A stretch of DNA of 64,000 nt from the NCBI GenBank assembly GCA_951406725.2, contig OX597831.1:9238001-9302000 (forward strand), given 5' to 3'. Numbering within the stretch: the first letter of the stretch is position 1; each line of letters begins with the position of its first letter. The notes below the pieces were generated by a model that worked only from the letters and a program-made list of their open reading frames with translations, was not told the DNA's origin and ran no database searches. This stretch comes from Octopus vulgaris. Its lineage: Eukaryota. Both the position numbers and the translations under genes were made by a program. This document shows positions 52,700 through 64,000 of this stretch, piece by piece.

Positions 52700-55074
52700 G
52701 TAGTGTAGTAATAGTAGTAGAAGTAGTATTAGCAGTAGTAGTGGTAGTGTTGGCGGTAGTGGTGATGTTAATAGTAGTAGTTGTTTTTGTTTCTGTTGGC
52801 CTTCAGTCCCAGGCGATCTCTGATGGGGGCCAAACTTTGATGAAATTCTCGTTGTAATCATTTTGTCTTTGTGTCTCGGTTATAGTGCATCGAAGTATCC
52901 ATTGAACTTCTTCTTGGACGTTAGCCTTGCTGTGTCAGAGAAGTTTGTCTGCTATTTCCTATAAGTGTAACAACCAGCTAGAACTCCAGTTATTGACTCT
53001 AGGTGTCAATGCTAGAGTAAGTGTAGCCATCAATTTTAAAGAAATTATACAGATATAGGATTGTTTCTCACCCAAGCAGTGAATGTATATCTCTTGTCAT
53101 ATAAGGAAATATACAACGTGTTCACAGAAACTTGTACATAGGTTTTCAGAAATATTCTTATCAAACACACAGATTTCATTCAATATTTTCTCTTGGATTT
53201 AGAATACAACCCTAAAGCCACGAAGTAAAGAATTTATAAAAGCAGTCTAGAGAAGGTTTTACAGATTTTTTAAAATTTGTGTTCTGAGATCAAGTAACTC
53301 TGAAGTCAACATTGCATTCCATTCTTTCAAAATCGGTAAATAAATTACCAACTCAAAACTGAGATCGATTCTCCTTCTCTCTGGTTCTTTCTCACTAGCT
53401 ATACTTTATCTTTTCCTCTGTAAGGCATTGGTTACGCTCAGACCTGGAAGGAAAGAAATGAGATTCCACTAGATTTAGAAATATCTATGACAGACCGTAT
53501 GTCACGACCGTACCACGACGACTCGATCAGGAGATAAGGACCTCACCACTGAGTCATAAAGTAAAAGTCAGCTGCTGGAGGTGATTCCTATATTGGTATA
53601 TGTGTGGTCATCCTCTCTTTCTCTCTCTCTCTCTCTCTGTCGTCCAGGATTTCATGACAAAGTAAGCAATGTTTATCAAAGAGGTCACGAATGGTACGTC
53701 AAGCAGGCGGATGGCGCATAATTCTGTTTCATATAAGTGCGATATTTTAATGAATACGAAATAGAATCTAGCAACTTTCGTTCTTTATACAATGTCATTA
53801 GAAGAAAGTAAAGTGTTGAGCTGGAGGACGGTTGAGGACGCCAGAGAAAATGCATGGCTGCAATTGTGAGGGGGTCTTTACGGTCTGATTTCAAATCTCG
53901 AAGAATTTAACATCACTCTTCAGTATTGACAAAACCAGAAAAAAAAAGTGTCAGTGAAGTATTTGGAGGATGATGTCCTCGACGTATGACCCCCGCTTCG
54001 TCCAGAACTGCTGACCTTCACACCTACAACAGGAGGTATGTTGTGATCTCGGTCACTTAGACTTGAAACCGTGAAACTGGTCTTATGAGCTCTAGGAATT
54101 GACAAAAATAAATTTAAAAGGAATCAGTATAAAAGGAATGGAAGTAATTTTACTGTTCTCTTGTCACGACTTGAAACCGCAGCTAAATCTTGGCTAATAG
54201 GAAGGAAGCTTCAACGAGAGAAATCATGGGAACATATTAGAACCACAAAACTTCGGGCTGTGATATTCCTGATATTTAATATTTTTGTTAATATATTTAG
54301 AACAGGACTTGACCAATAAAAAACATAGATATAACGGTAAGTCAGTAGATGTTGAAATAGGAAATATCTTTGTTAATCTACGTTTTTAAAAAGTTAATAG
54401 CTATTTATAATGTTTGGTATCTGACCTTTTTGTTTTTTTTTACTTAAACGTACGATAATGTCGCAATAACAAGAATATATTTATTTTTCAGGAGTTTCTC
54501 TAAGAAATATTCTGAAAATTTTTTTCCCTTCTTTTGATTATGAAATTTCTCTCTATTTTGCTTTTGTTTATATATTATTTGATGTTAAAAACTAAAATAA
54601 TAACACCCCCCCCCAAAAAAAACAAACAAACAATGATAAAAAGCAAATAGAAAGGCAACTTCGATATTTTCTGATAGAAACAAAATACTGTTTTTCTTGC
54701 GCTATTTCTGTTTGCCAAACAATTGTCTCTGTTCACTTTGATCAGAGTTTAAAATCGGAATTCGTTCTAATAGATCTCTCCCATAAACCGGTTCAATATT
54801 TCTTTATACGTTCTTGAAAAATAATTAACAATAAATAAAACCCCACCAAAATCTATTGTGCAATCTTCAATAGCTAAGATATAGAGGCTATATATATATT
54901 TATGTGTGTGTACATACATATATATATATATACGCACATGTATGTATATATGTATGTATGTATATATATGTTCACATTTCTTAGTGCACGTGCATTAGTA
55001 CATATACAAATATAGATTAAATAAACACAGACGTTGATATATTTGAAAGTATACGCGCATATATATGGACACTC

Positions 55075-55135
<61 letters not shown>

Positions 55136-56197
55136 TGTGTATCTATGTATATGTTTATATATATATATATTCATATATGTATATGGATACACACTAAAAA
55201 TTATTCATAGCTCTCTGCAACTATTTTGAAATATTTCATAAGTACTTGTTTGTGTGTGAATGTGTGCCTGCATAGGTCTTGTTTGAGTGTGTGTTTTATT
55301 GTGTGATTTTTGGGCGGGCGTGTGAACGTCTGTCTGTATATATATATATATCCATATATTAATGACACACACAACTACTCCCTACCCACAGCCCAACGTC
55401 TCAGACTCTCGGTTGACAGATATAGAGAACTACTGCCACATCGTTAATGAACGGCTGCAATACAGCGATTAATTTGTTAGAACAGGACTAGTAAAATACA
55501 AGAGGATGAATTAGGTTCAGTAGACTCGGTTGGCAGGGGCGCAATGTGACAACGAAAGCACAATCCTGTCTTTTACAAAGTGGACGGACACATTTTATTC
55601 GCTTATAAATAACTGTAAGGGAAATTTCAAAGGCGATCTCTTCCAATGTTCGGGGCGATCGACGAGCCAAATAGTGTAGTGTATTCTAGAGCTTATCTTG
55701 ATGGCTTGCCGCGGCTCTCGGCAGAAGATTTTGGTACTACGGAAAGACAATAAGCATACTTGCGAATAGTAATTTTCCTGGTCTGTTGTTTGAGCTTTAT
55801 GAATATATATACTCAGCTTATGTATGGCGATAGTCGGGCAGACGTCTACTAATAATGGCAACAGAACAGAACAAATTTCCAATTTTCTGAGCCAGAGAAT
55901 AGTATGGTTAATAAGAAAGAACGTCAGCATTGGCATCGTAATCGATAACTGCCTGATCACAATATAAAGTTTTAGGAATTGTTCAAAGTTTTAGCACTCA
56001 GATTTACAATTTGGTCGGTAACTTGACTAAGGAAGCGCCTATGTCAGTGATCCTGAAAATATCTATCCAAGACATTCTTTAACTACGCTGTGTCGTGGAG
56101 AATGTTGTTAAGGCAGAGAACTGCAGTTCGACCCAGGTGAAATTAGTCGAAAATTGTCGATTGGGCCACTCGTCCCTACTTTGGCAATTACCGTCTG

Positions 56198-56332
56198 AGG
56201 AAATAGTATTATTAGGGACAGCCTAGGATACTTAGGAAGGTTGTTGGCATCTGAGGTTACATGTTGTTGTTCGATGTTAGGATTTTGTTTTCAACAATCT
56301 AATATATTGTGCGTATATGAATTAATAATAAT
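56198..56332 (+). mobile_element. Degraded Dong/R4 LINE extreme 3' end
   Basis: EIVLLGTA / RILRKVVGI* (frameshifted), followed by a short UTR and TAATAATAA. Confidence 0.65.
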
Positions 56333-56339
56333 AGTAGTA

Positions 56340-56715
56340 GTAGGATGAGGATGAGGAGGGGAGGAGGAGGAGAGGGAGGAAGAGAAGAAGAAGGAGAGGA
56401 AGGAGATGAAGAAGGAAGAAGAAGAGGAATACGAAGAGGAGGAAGGAGAAGAAGAAAAAGAAGGAAGAAGAGGGAGAGGAAGAGGTGGAAGAAGAGGTAG
56501 AGAAGAGGGAGAGGAAGAGGTAAAAGAAGAAGTGGAAGAGGGAGCGCGAGAGGAAGACGTAGAAGAAGAAGCAGAAGCAGAAGAAGAAGAAGAAGAAGAA
56601 GAAGAAGAAGAATAAGAAGAAGAAGAAGAAGAAAATAAAGAAGATAAGGTAGAAGTAGCAGAAGAAGAAGAAGAAGAAGAGGAGAGAAGAAAGAAGAAGA
56701 GGAAGAGAGAAGAGA

Positions 56716-56746
<31 letters not shown>

Positions 56747-56772
56747 AAGAAGAAGAAGAAGAAGAAGAAGAA
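56340..56772. repeat. Polypurine (GAA/GAG)n tract, ~430 bp
   Basis: Read directly; source of the poly-E ORF. Confidence 0.95.
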
Positions 56773-57680
56773 TCAGTAGCAGCAGCGACTAAGTTGTATT
56801 TGTGTTTGAAGCTATTTTTTGCTGCCGAAGAAAAAAATCAGTGATTTCTGTAAATTCCAATTTCTTTTTAAACAAACATTATATATTCGTATATATTCTG
56901 GCCAGCTTTTGGAAGTGTCACGAGTAGAAAAAAAAAAAAAAACAGTGAACTGAAATAAAGCAGAGAAGCGCTGAGGTGGAGATATCAACGAAATGGAATC
57001 TGCCAATGCAAAGTTGAAATGTTGTTGAGATAGAGACACTGCTGCTAGTTTAGATGCGCAGTTACAGCCGGAGGTGTCGACTAGCGTAACACGCTTCTCT
57101 AATACCAATTCGGTAGGCGCAACTGGCAGCGTTTGGTTCCAGCCAACGCATGTTCCAGATGGGAATTAAATTATCACAGCTTGCAGATAGTTACTGTCAA
57201 TCTGTTAAGGTAAACTAGTATGTCATAATTTAGGTTAATTACGGGCGTTAATTAACAATGATTAAGCCACGGACATCAACTTTAATTACACTGTAAGGAA
57301 GCACTGAGACAAATGAATGTAACCTATAAATAGTTTCTAATTTAGATACACGACCTGCGATTTTGAAAGGAAGAGGTTAAATTGATATCGATTGCCATAC
57401 TTGACAGGTATTTTATTTTGTCGATCCCCAAAGGGAAGAAAACGAAAGTTGTCTTCGGCAAGATTTGAAGCCAGAATGCAAAGAGCAGGAACAAGGCGCC
57501 AAAGAAACTGACATATTCCACAAAAGTTGAATAGTTCTACTTTCAGTACAAATATCGGTATTGAAATTTTTTGTGCGAGTCTGTAGTAGTATATTTCTAT
57601 ACAAAGACTCCATAGGGTTCTGCGGACTGTCTATCTGTTGATGTACAAGAGATAATTATCTGGAGATATTCCAGAGAATA

Positions 57681-58096
57681 GGCACAGGAGTGGCTGTGTG
57701 GTAAGTAACTTGCTAACCAACCACATGGTTGCGGGTTCAGTCCCACTGCGTGGCATCTTGGGCAAGTGTCTTCTGCTATAGCCCCGGGCCGACCAATGCC
57801 TTGTGAGTGGATTTGGTAGACGGAAACTGAAAGAAGCCTGTCGTATATATGTATATATATATGTGCGTGCGTGTGATTGTGTGTCTGTGTTTGTCCCCTA
57901 GCATTGCTTGACAACCGATGCTGGTGTGTTTACGTCCCCGTCACTTAGCGGTACGGCAAAAGAGACCGATAGAATAAGTACTGGGCTTACAAAGAATAAG
58001 TCCCGGGGTCGATTTGCTCGACTAAAGGCGGTGCTCCAGCATGGCCGCAGTCAAATGACTGAAACAAGTAAAAGAGTAAAAAAGAGTAAAGAGTAA
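57681..58096 (+). mobile_element. Family A tRNA-derived SINE, full length and young
   Basis: Near-identical reverse complement of 44996-45409. Confidence 0.95.
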
Positions 58097-58106
58097 TGGA
58101 AAATAT

Positions 58107-58355
58107 AAAACAATTGCAGCGTGGAATGTGTTTAAGCCATTTAAGAAACCGTGCAGCACGGAATTTTGTCAGTGAAGAGGTCGCGGGGTCAAAGCGACGA
58201 AAATATTTTGGCAAATTAAATTTAAATGTTGAAGTGAATCTAACGGATTTTGTGTGTTTCTTAAATGGCTTATAAACACCTTCCACGCTGCAATTGCTTT
58301 CGTTCCGGTACACGATCTCAGATCAGGTCACTTGCTATGCAAGTACATCTCGGTA
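58107..58355 (+). mobile_element. Penelope pLTR-like repeat with an inverted 5' segment and a hammerhead-like motif
   Basis: Inverted arms at 58107-58149 and 58256-58300 enclose TGTCA-GTGAAGA-G-GTCGC..GCGAC-GAAA-ATAT-TT-TGGCA. Confidence 0.6.
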
Positions 58356-58892
58356 AAGAAAATATTATGTTGCAGTTGTTAATTAGAGCGACATTAGGGA
58401 CGTGGATTGTTTCAGATGAAATACTATTTCTACATGTAAACGGATATAAAAGAATTATCGAGGCAAAGCTCGAAGCGCCATGGTTTTGCTATTACATTAA
58501 AAGATTTTCTCCCAAACCAAAAACATTCCAAAAGTTGGCGAAAAAGACTTTATATTTCTTAAACAGATCAGATGAACATAGATGCACACACATATAAAAA
58601 AAAAATGCTGCAACATCGGTGGCTCAACAACCGCACCACTCCAAACAATGTTTACTCTGTCTCTTTAAATGTCTAAATAAATCCTTCAGATGGCCAAATC
58701 GGCTACTATAATACCAATCGACTGAACACCTATAGCGCTGTGTTTTGTTCTCTATGGAATGTCTTTCCATGATTATCCTTTGTCCGTTAATACCTTCTTC
58801 ACCCAACCATTGAGCCGTGGGTCATTTGATGTCGAATCGCAAATTTAAGAAGAATTTCTTATTTCTCTTTTGCTGCCAAAGACGTACGTAAT

Positions 58893-59218
58893 GTGTCGAT
58901 GCGTAGCTTAATGAGTCGGATATTCGGCTTCACGAGCGTAAGGTTCTGAGTTCGATTCCCGACGACGCGTTGTGTGCTTGAACAAGACAATTTATTTCAC
59001 ATTACTCCAGTCCACTCCGCTGGCAAAATTGAGTTGTACCTGTTATTCAAAGGGGGCCGGCCTTGTCACACTCTGTGTCCAACTGAATCTCCCTGAGAAC
59101 TACATGAAGGGTTCGCGTGTCTGTGGAGTACTCGGCCACTTGCACGTTAATTTCACGAGCAGTCTGTTCAATTGATCGAATCAACTGGAACACCCCTCGT
59201 CGCAACCGACGGAGTGCC
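58893..59218 (+). mobile_element. tRNA-derived SINE family C, full length, diverged
   Basis: A-box-like GTAGCTTAATG, B-box GAGTTCGATTCC, then TTGTGTGCTTGAACAAGACA. The 3' half is shared with 48922-49110. Confidence 0.85.
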
Positions 59219-59764
59219 ATACCCTGTTGGTTTTTCACTTGTTATCGTTGCTTCACTAACTTGCTCTTTATCTCGGTAGAGATATCGGCCCGAGGCGTAT
59301 TCATTTCTACCTTTGGGAACATATGATCCATTTTCTTTTGGACCCTATTCTTTAACTTACCCGTCATGAGAGTCCCTACCAAGGGCTTTGCGCGCTGCAG
59401 GTATAGCTCTCAACGTTATTGAAGCACGTAAGTCACCTACAGAGCCGCCACAAAGACAGCTTTCTGGTGAATAATGTATAATGGTGGCAATCAATACAAT
59501 TAATCCATTTGTTAGATGAGATAAAAGTTGTAGAAGTTATTGTAAATAAGAAAACTAAGTTGTTTAAATCGACAACGAATATTTTAATGAGTTTCGGGTG
59601 TTTTAATATATTACATTTAACTTAGTTGAAGAACAGCAGGGACACAAATCTATATAGGTTCCAGTTAAAAAATCAAAGCGGTTTTATAGGAAATTGTTTC
59701 TGAAACCAAAGCTAAAAGTTGGCACAAACACATAAACACTCACACACAAAATATGTATGTATGC

Positions 59765-59801
<37 letters not shown>

Positions 59802-59802
59802 C

Positions 59803-59868
<66 letters not shown>

Positions 59869-59926
59869 ATATATATGTATATATATATATATACACACAT
59901 ATATATATACATATATATATACATAT

Positions 59927-59993
<67 letters not shown>

Positions 59994-60436
59994 TTTATTC
60001 TACTGTAAGCTGAATATATTTAAATATTGTAATCGTATATGTAAAATTTCTTTGAAATTCTTCGATCACATTGCGGACTTTCTTGAAGTACAGTAAATTT
60101 CCTATGAATATTTACACTTCTCGTTCGTACCTTTCATTTTGTCTCCAAAGTCTCCACTGTCTGTGCTAAGCGATGTTCAAAGGTATTTTATATTTGAACT
60201 TCAAACTTTTTAAGAATATGACTACTCTTTTGTCATAATTAGAGAAAAGAATTGGAATCTGATTTTCTCTATTGAATTTTGTAGATCAGGCTGAATATAT
60301 TTCCTTTCAGGCACCGATCACCTCCGCTCACCTCTGCTCCATTCATGCATCTCTCTATTTCTCTCAACCACAGTTCTATTTCTCCTCTTATTGAAGTTAT
60401 TGTTAGATTCTCTCTCTTTTTCTTTGCATAGATTTA

Positions 60437-60507
<71 letters not shown>

Positions 60508-61453
60508 CCATGAATCGCTTCTGAGTTTCTGTTGATACATGGCTTCAATGTTATCTAACAATGCCCCTTTAATTTATGATGATAGGGGTCATTTGAATAA
60601 CATTTAAATATTGTAGTTTTTATTCCTCTTCACCTTCCTATGGGACAAATTTCAAGAAATGTGACTCAAAATTCGGTGGAAAATCCAGATTGAAAACCTA
60701 AATTTAGAAATGTGTATTTTTTTTTAAAGAGCTCTGAAGAGAATTTGCACCGAAGTTCACGTAAAACCCCGATTCCCTATTACGCAGAACGCACAACACA
60801 GTGTATGAATCTGCTTCAAATAGAATGGGATTTAGCATATTTAGAAGCAAAAGCTTTCGACCATCATTCGAAATGTACAAACCTAATTAGGTGACCGAAT
60901 ATTGTAATTTGACTCAGTGGCTACAAAATCTACGTCACGTTAAGGTCTGGTATGGCTTTCTAATTTGAATAATACGAGAGTATAATTTATCGATGCTTTT
61001 CAATCAATCATGATAAATAAATACATCAAACACTTTAGGGATTGCATGATCCCAGGCTGTCGCGGAAAAGCTGGTGGAAAATGAAATAGTGTTATAGCAT
61101 GGACGATCGCCTGATTATGATTAATAATGCAACGTAGCATCGTATCAGGGAAAAGGATCAAAGAACCGGGTAACCAGTTTACTAATATCAAGAGGCAAGG
61201 AATGAAGTTACAATTACGTAGTCACTAACGAAAGTAATTATATCGGAAGCGATATAATACCAATTAATGGTATCCAATCAATGAAAGTAACTAAAATATG
61301 AATGAAAATTAGGATGAGTTCCATCCCAAATGTTATATTAATAGGAACATGGGATAAGTGCTGGCGGACTAGATTATGAGCTAAATGTGATTAGCGGGAA
61401 TTAGATTGTAACATTAAAGAGAATTGTAATAAAAACAATTGCAGCAGTCGCCG

Positions 61454-62251
61454 CAGCAGCAACAGCAGCAGTGAAGATAATTTGAAATAAGTTCACAAAA
61501 ATATTTGATTGGGAGAAGCTGATCGATTAAAGGGAACGTTAACTTTGGACATTGATCCATTGATTTATCAGCTTCAGGAAGGGGTGATTCTCAAGGTTAG
61601 AGCCCTTTTTGACTATTCGTCTGTGAAATCATGTGTGGCCTGGGGTTAAACAGCAACAACTAGTGGAAGCAGAATGGCCCAATGGTTAGGGCAGCGGACT
61701 CGCGGTCGGAGGATCGCGGTTTCGATTCCCAGACCGGGCGTTGTGTGTGTTTATTGAGTGAAAACACCTAAAGCTCAACGAGGCTCCGGCAGGGGGTGGT
61801 GGCGACCCCTGTTGTACTCTTTCGCCCCAACTTTCTCTCACTCTTTCTTCCTGTTTCTTGTCCCTGACTTCCTACGCAAACGCTGAGTCTGGATGCGCAT
61901 TCATCCATCCGTCGATGCTCTCGGTGTCGGGAGTTGATCTGCTTTCTCTTCTGCGGGTCTTACGAATAGCAAAGGACCACGTTTCGGACTTCACACTTCT
62001 TGCGAACTCTGGGACGAAGAGCGTTCGCTCAACAGCAACAGCATCAGCAGCAGTAGCGATAATTTGAAATAAGTTCACAAAAAATATTTGATTGGGAGAT
62101 GTTGGTCGATTAAAGTGAACCTTAACTTTGGACATTGATCCATTAATTTATCAGCTTCAGGAAGGGGTGATTCTCAAGGTTGGAGCCCTTTTTGAATATT
62201 CGTCTGTGAAATCATGTTAAACAGCAACACCAACAATAACAATAAGCTAGT
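61454..62251 (+). repeat. ~200-bp direct repeats (61454-61664 and 62033-62251) flanking a SINE
   Basis: Both copies contain GATAATTTGAAATAAGTTCACAAAAA..CTTTGGACATTGATCCATT..CAGCTTCAGGAAGGGGTGATTCTCAAGGTT..TCGTCTGTGAAATCATG. Confidence 0.92.
61665..62032 (+). mobile_element. tRNA(Arg)-like SINE, family D
   Basis: The head TGGCCCAATGGTTAGGGCAGCGGACTCGCGGTCGGAGGATCGCGGTTTCGATTCCC has an A box, a B box and tRNA-Arg-like sequence. It ends in CAA/CAG repeats. Confidence 0.85.
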
Positions 62252-62968
62252 TTCATATCTATTCACAAGGGCATGGCATCCATAAAATGTGCCGGCAACT
62301 GGAAAGAAGCTCAGACTTACAAGAAGATTTGGAAGACTATTCAGAAAGCCATAAAAAGTTTAGGAGCAAATAAAGAGCAGAGAAGAAAGGTCCAACTGAA
62401 TAAAGTTGTGACTGAAGACACCAGACTATAGGGGAACAAAACTGCAGTAAAACCTAGATCGAGCAGCAGATAACCATCCTACCAAGTGGAGGCATTCCAA
62501 ATCATCAAGGTAGCAGAAAAAAGCGAAACAGCTATGCCATAGAAAAAGAAAACTGAATATTTTAAAAGAGTCACGGAAAGTTTATAAACAACGACATTCT
62601 TTGGCTTAAGTTCGGGTCGGTTAACTGTGTCAGTCAATGTGGTGAAACCACGTTGAAGCACCATTTTGAAGAATTTTAGTTAATGAAATCAAGTTTAGGC
62701 TGTTTTTTTTTTTAATTCGGTGCTTCTTTTATCGGTGTCTACGGCCGAAACGCTAAATTACGAGGAGGTAAAGAAACCAACATCGGTTGTCAAGTGGTGG
62801 TGGTGGTAGTAAACACTGGCAGAAACACACACACACACACATACATACATACACATACACGCATGCTCACACACACACTCACATACACACGCACACACAC
62901 GCATGCTCACACCCACACACATACACACGCATGCACAAACACACACACATACACACGCACACATATAC

Positions 62969-63037
<69 letters not shown>

Positions 63038-63096
63038 TGCATATATATATATATATACATGCATACATACATACATACATATATATTAAATTTAAA

Positions 63097-63571
63097 ATAA
63101 ACACCAATTTGCAATGTTTCCCCCATAAAGGAGAATCGTATTTGTTACTAAATGTGACTAGGCTGTTAGGAAACACCTACGTTGCTAGAAATACCAGCTA
63201 CAACGCTCTAATGCTGTAGTCAACGTACTTAGATATGAATACATACACTAACAGGGAGATTAATTGTCCTAAAAGTGCCGATCGAGAATTCCTGATATTG
63301 ACGTCACTTTCGGCAATTTCCGTTTGCATCTCGTGTAAGGACTGGTTTGAACTACGGCTCTTTTCAGACTCGCTTCTCTATTAGTATATATATATATATT
63401 TTTTTTCATAATAGAAATCTATGTATGATGTAATGATTTTATATAACCATAAAATTAATATAAACAGCAGTTTGCAAAGTTTCCCCAAATTGGAGAATTA
63501 TAATTGTCACTAAATGTCACTAGGGTGTTAAGAAGCACCTACACTGCTAGAAATAAGAGCTAAAATACTCT
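63097..63571 (+). repeat. Diverged ~112-bp direct repeat (63097-63209 and 63460-63571)
   Basis: ATAAACA.CA.TTTGCAA.GTTTCCCC..GGAGAAT..ACTAAATGT.ACTAGG.TGTTA..CACCTAC..TGCTAGAAATA occurs in both copies. Confidence 0.75.
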
Positions 63572-63896
63572 CTCTATAAACAGACATCATTTGTGGGTGA
63601 TCATGTATATATACGAGGAAGCGTGTTCTTTCATAACATAAAAAAGAAATAGAAACTAATAAAATATGAAAGAGAAACAAATACATTAGTGAAATAAATT
63701 TAAAATATTTAATAACTCACGAATATTTCTTCGAGAATTCGATGTTATAAGTTAAAAAAAAAGAAGAAAATTATTGGTTTTGTCTCTGGGCAGTTTTAGT
63801 CTATTTGATAGCTGTGTATGTGTGTTTGTGTATACATGCATCCATATATATACATACACTCATATGGATGTATATATATATACACACATATATGTG

Positions 63897-63939
<43 letters not shown>

Positions 63940-64000
63940 TTGCATATATGTATGTATATATATAAATATATAAATACATACATACATACATATATATGTG

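Noticed and set aside
56406-56615. Acidic poly-Glu ORF
   Set aside because: Translation of a GAA/GAG simple repeat.
59335-59445. Possible RTE 5' end with an HDV-like ribozyme on the minus strand
   Set aside because: It resembles such sequences from recall, but I could not build the nested double pseudoknot from this degraded copy.
61665-61735. Possible tRNA-Arg gene
   Set aside because: The acceptor stem does not close and the sequence runs into a SINE body, so it is a SINE head. The same applies to the other tRNA-like heads.

Overview
AT-rich, repeat-dense eukaryotic DNA, intergenic or intronic, with no confidently identifiable host gene. The SINE repertoire and extreme (TA)n/(CATA)n/(TATC)n/(TTA)n load suggest an octopus (cephalopod) genome; this is an inference. 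Almost all ORFs in the track are microsatellite artefacts. The real content is transposable elements: a near full-length dead DD34D mariner (25819-27111), a rearranged mariner with two 3' ends, a Tc1-type remnant, many Dong/R4-clade LINE fragments stacked in (TAA)n arrays, two RTE LINE fragments, a Penelope-like GIY-YIG fragment, an LTR with a tRNA-Trp PBS, a probable Helitron, MITE-like palindromes and several tRNA-derived SINE families. The most interesting signal is a set of short Penelope pLTR-like repeats carrying hammerhead-ribozyme-like motifs. One has a canonical core, three have different core variants (A6U, U4C, C3G) and one has its strands in a non-canonical permuted order (12298-12371). 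Also notable are a SINE flanked by a ~200-bp direct repeat and a 551-bp non-coding (TAA)n-tailed element. All identities and pairings were read by eye; no searches were run.
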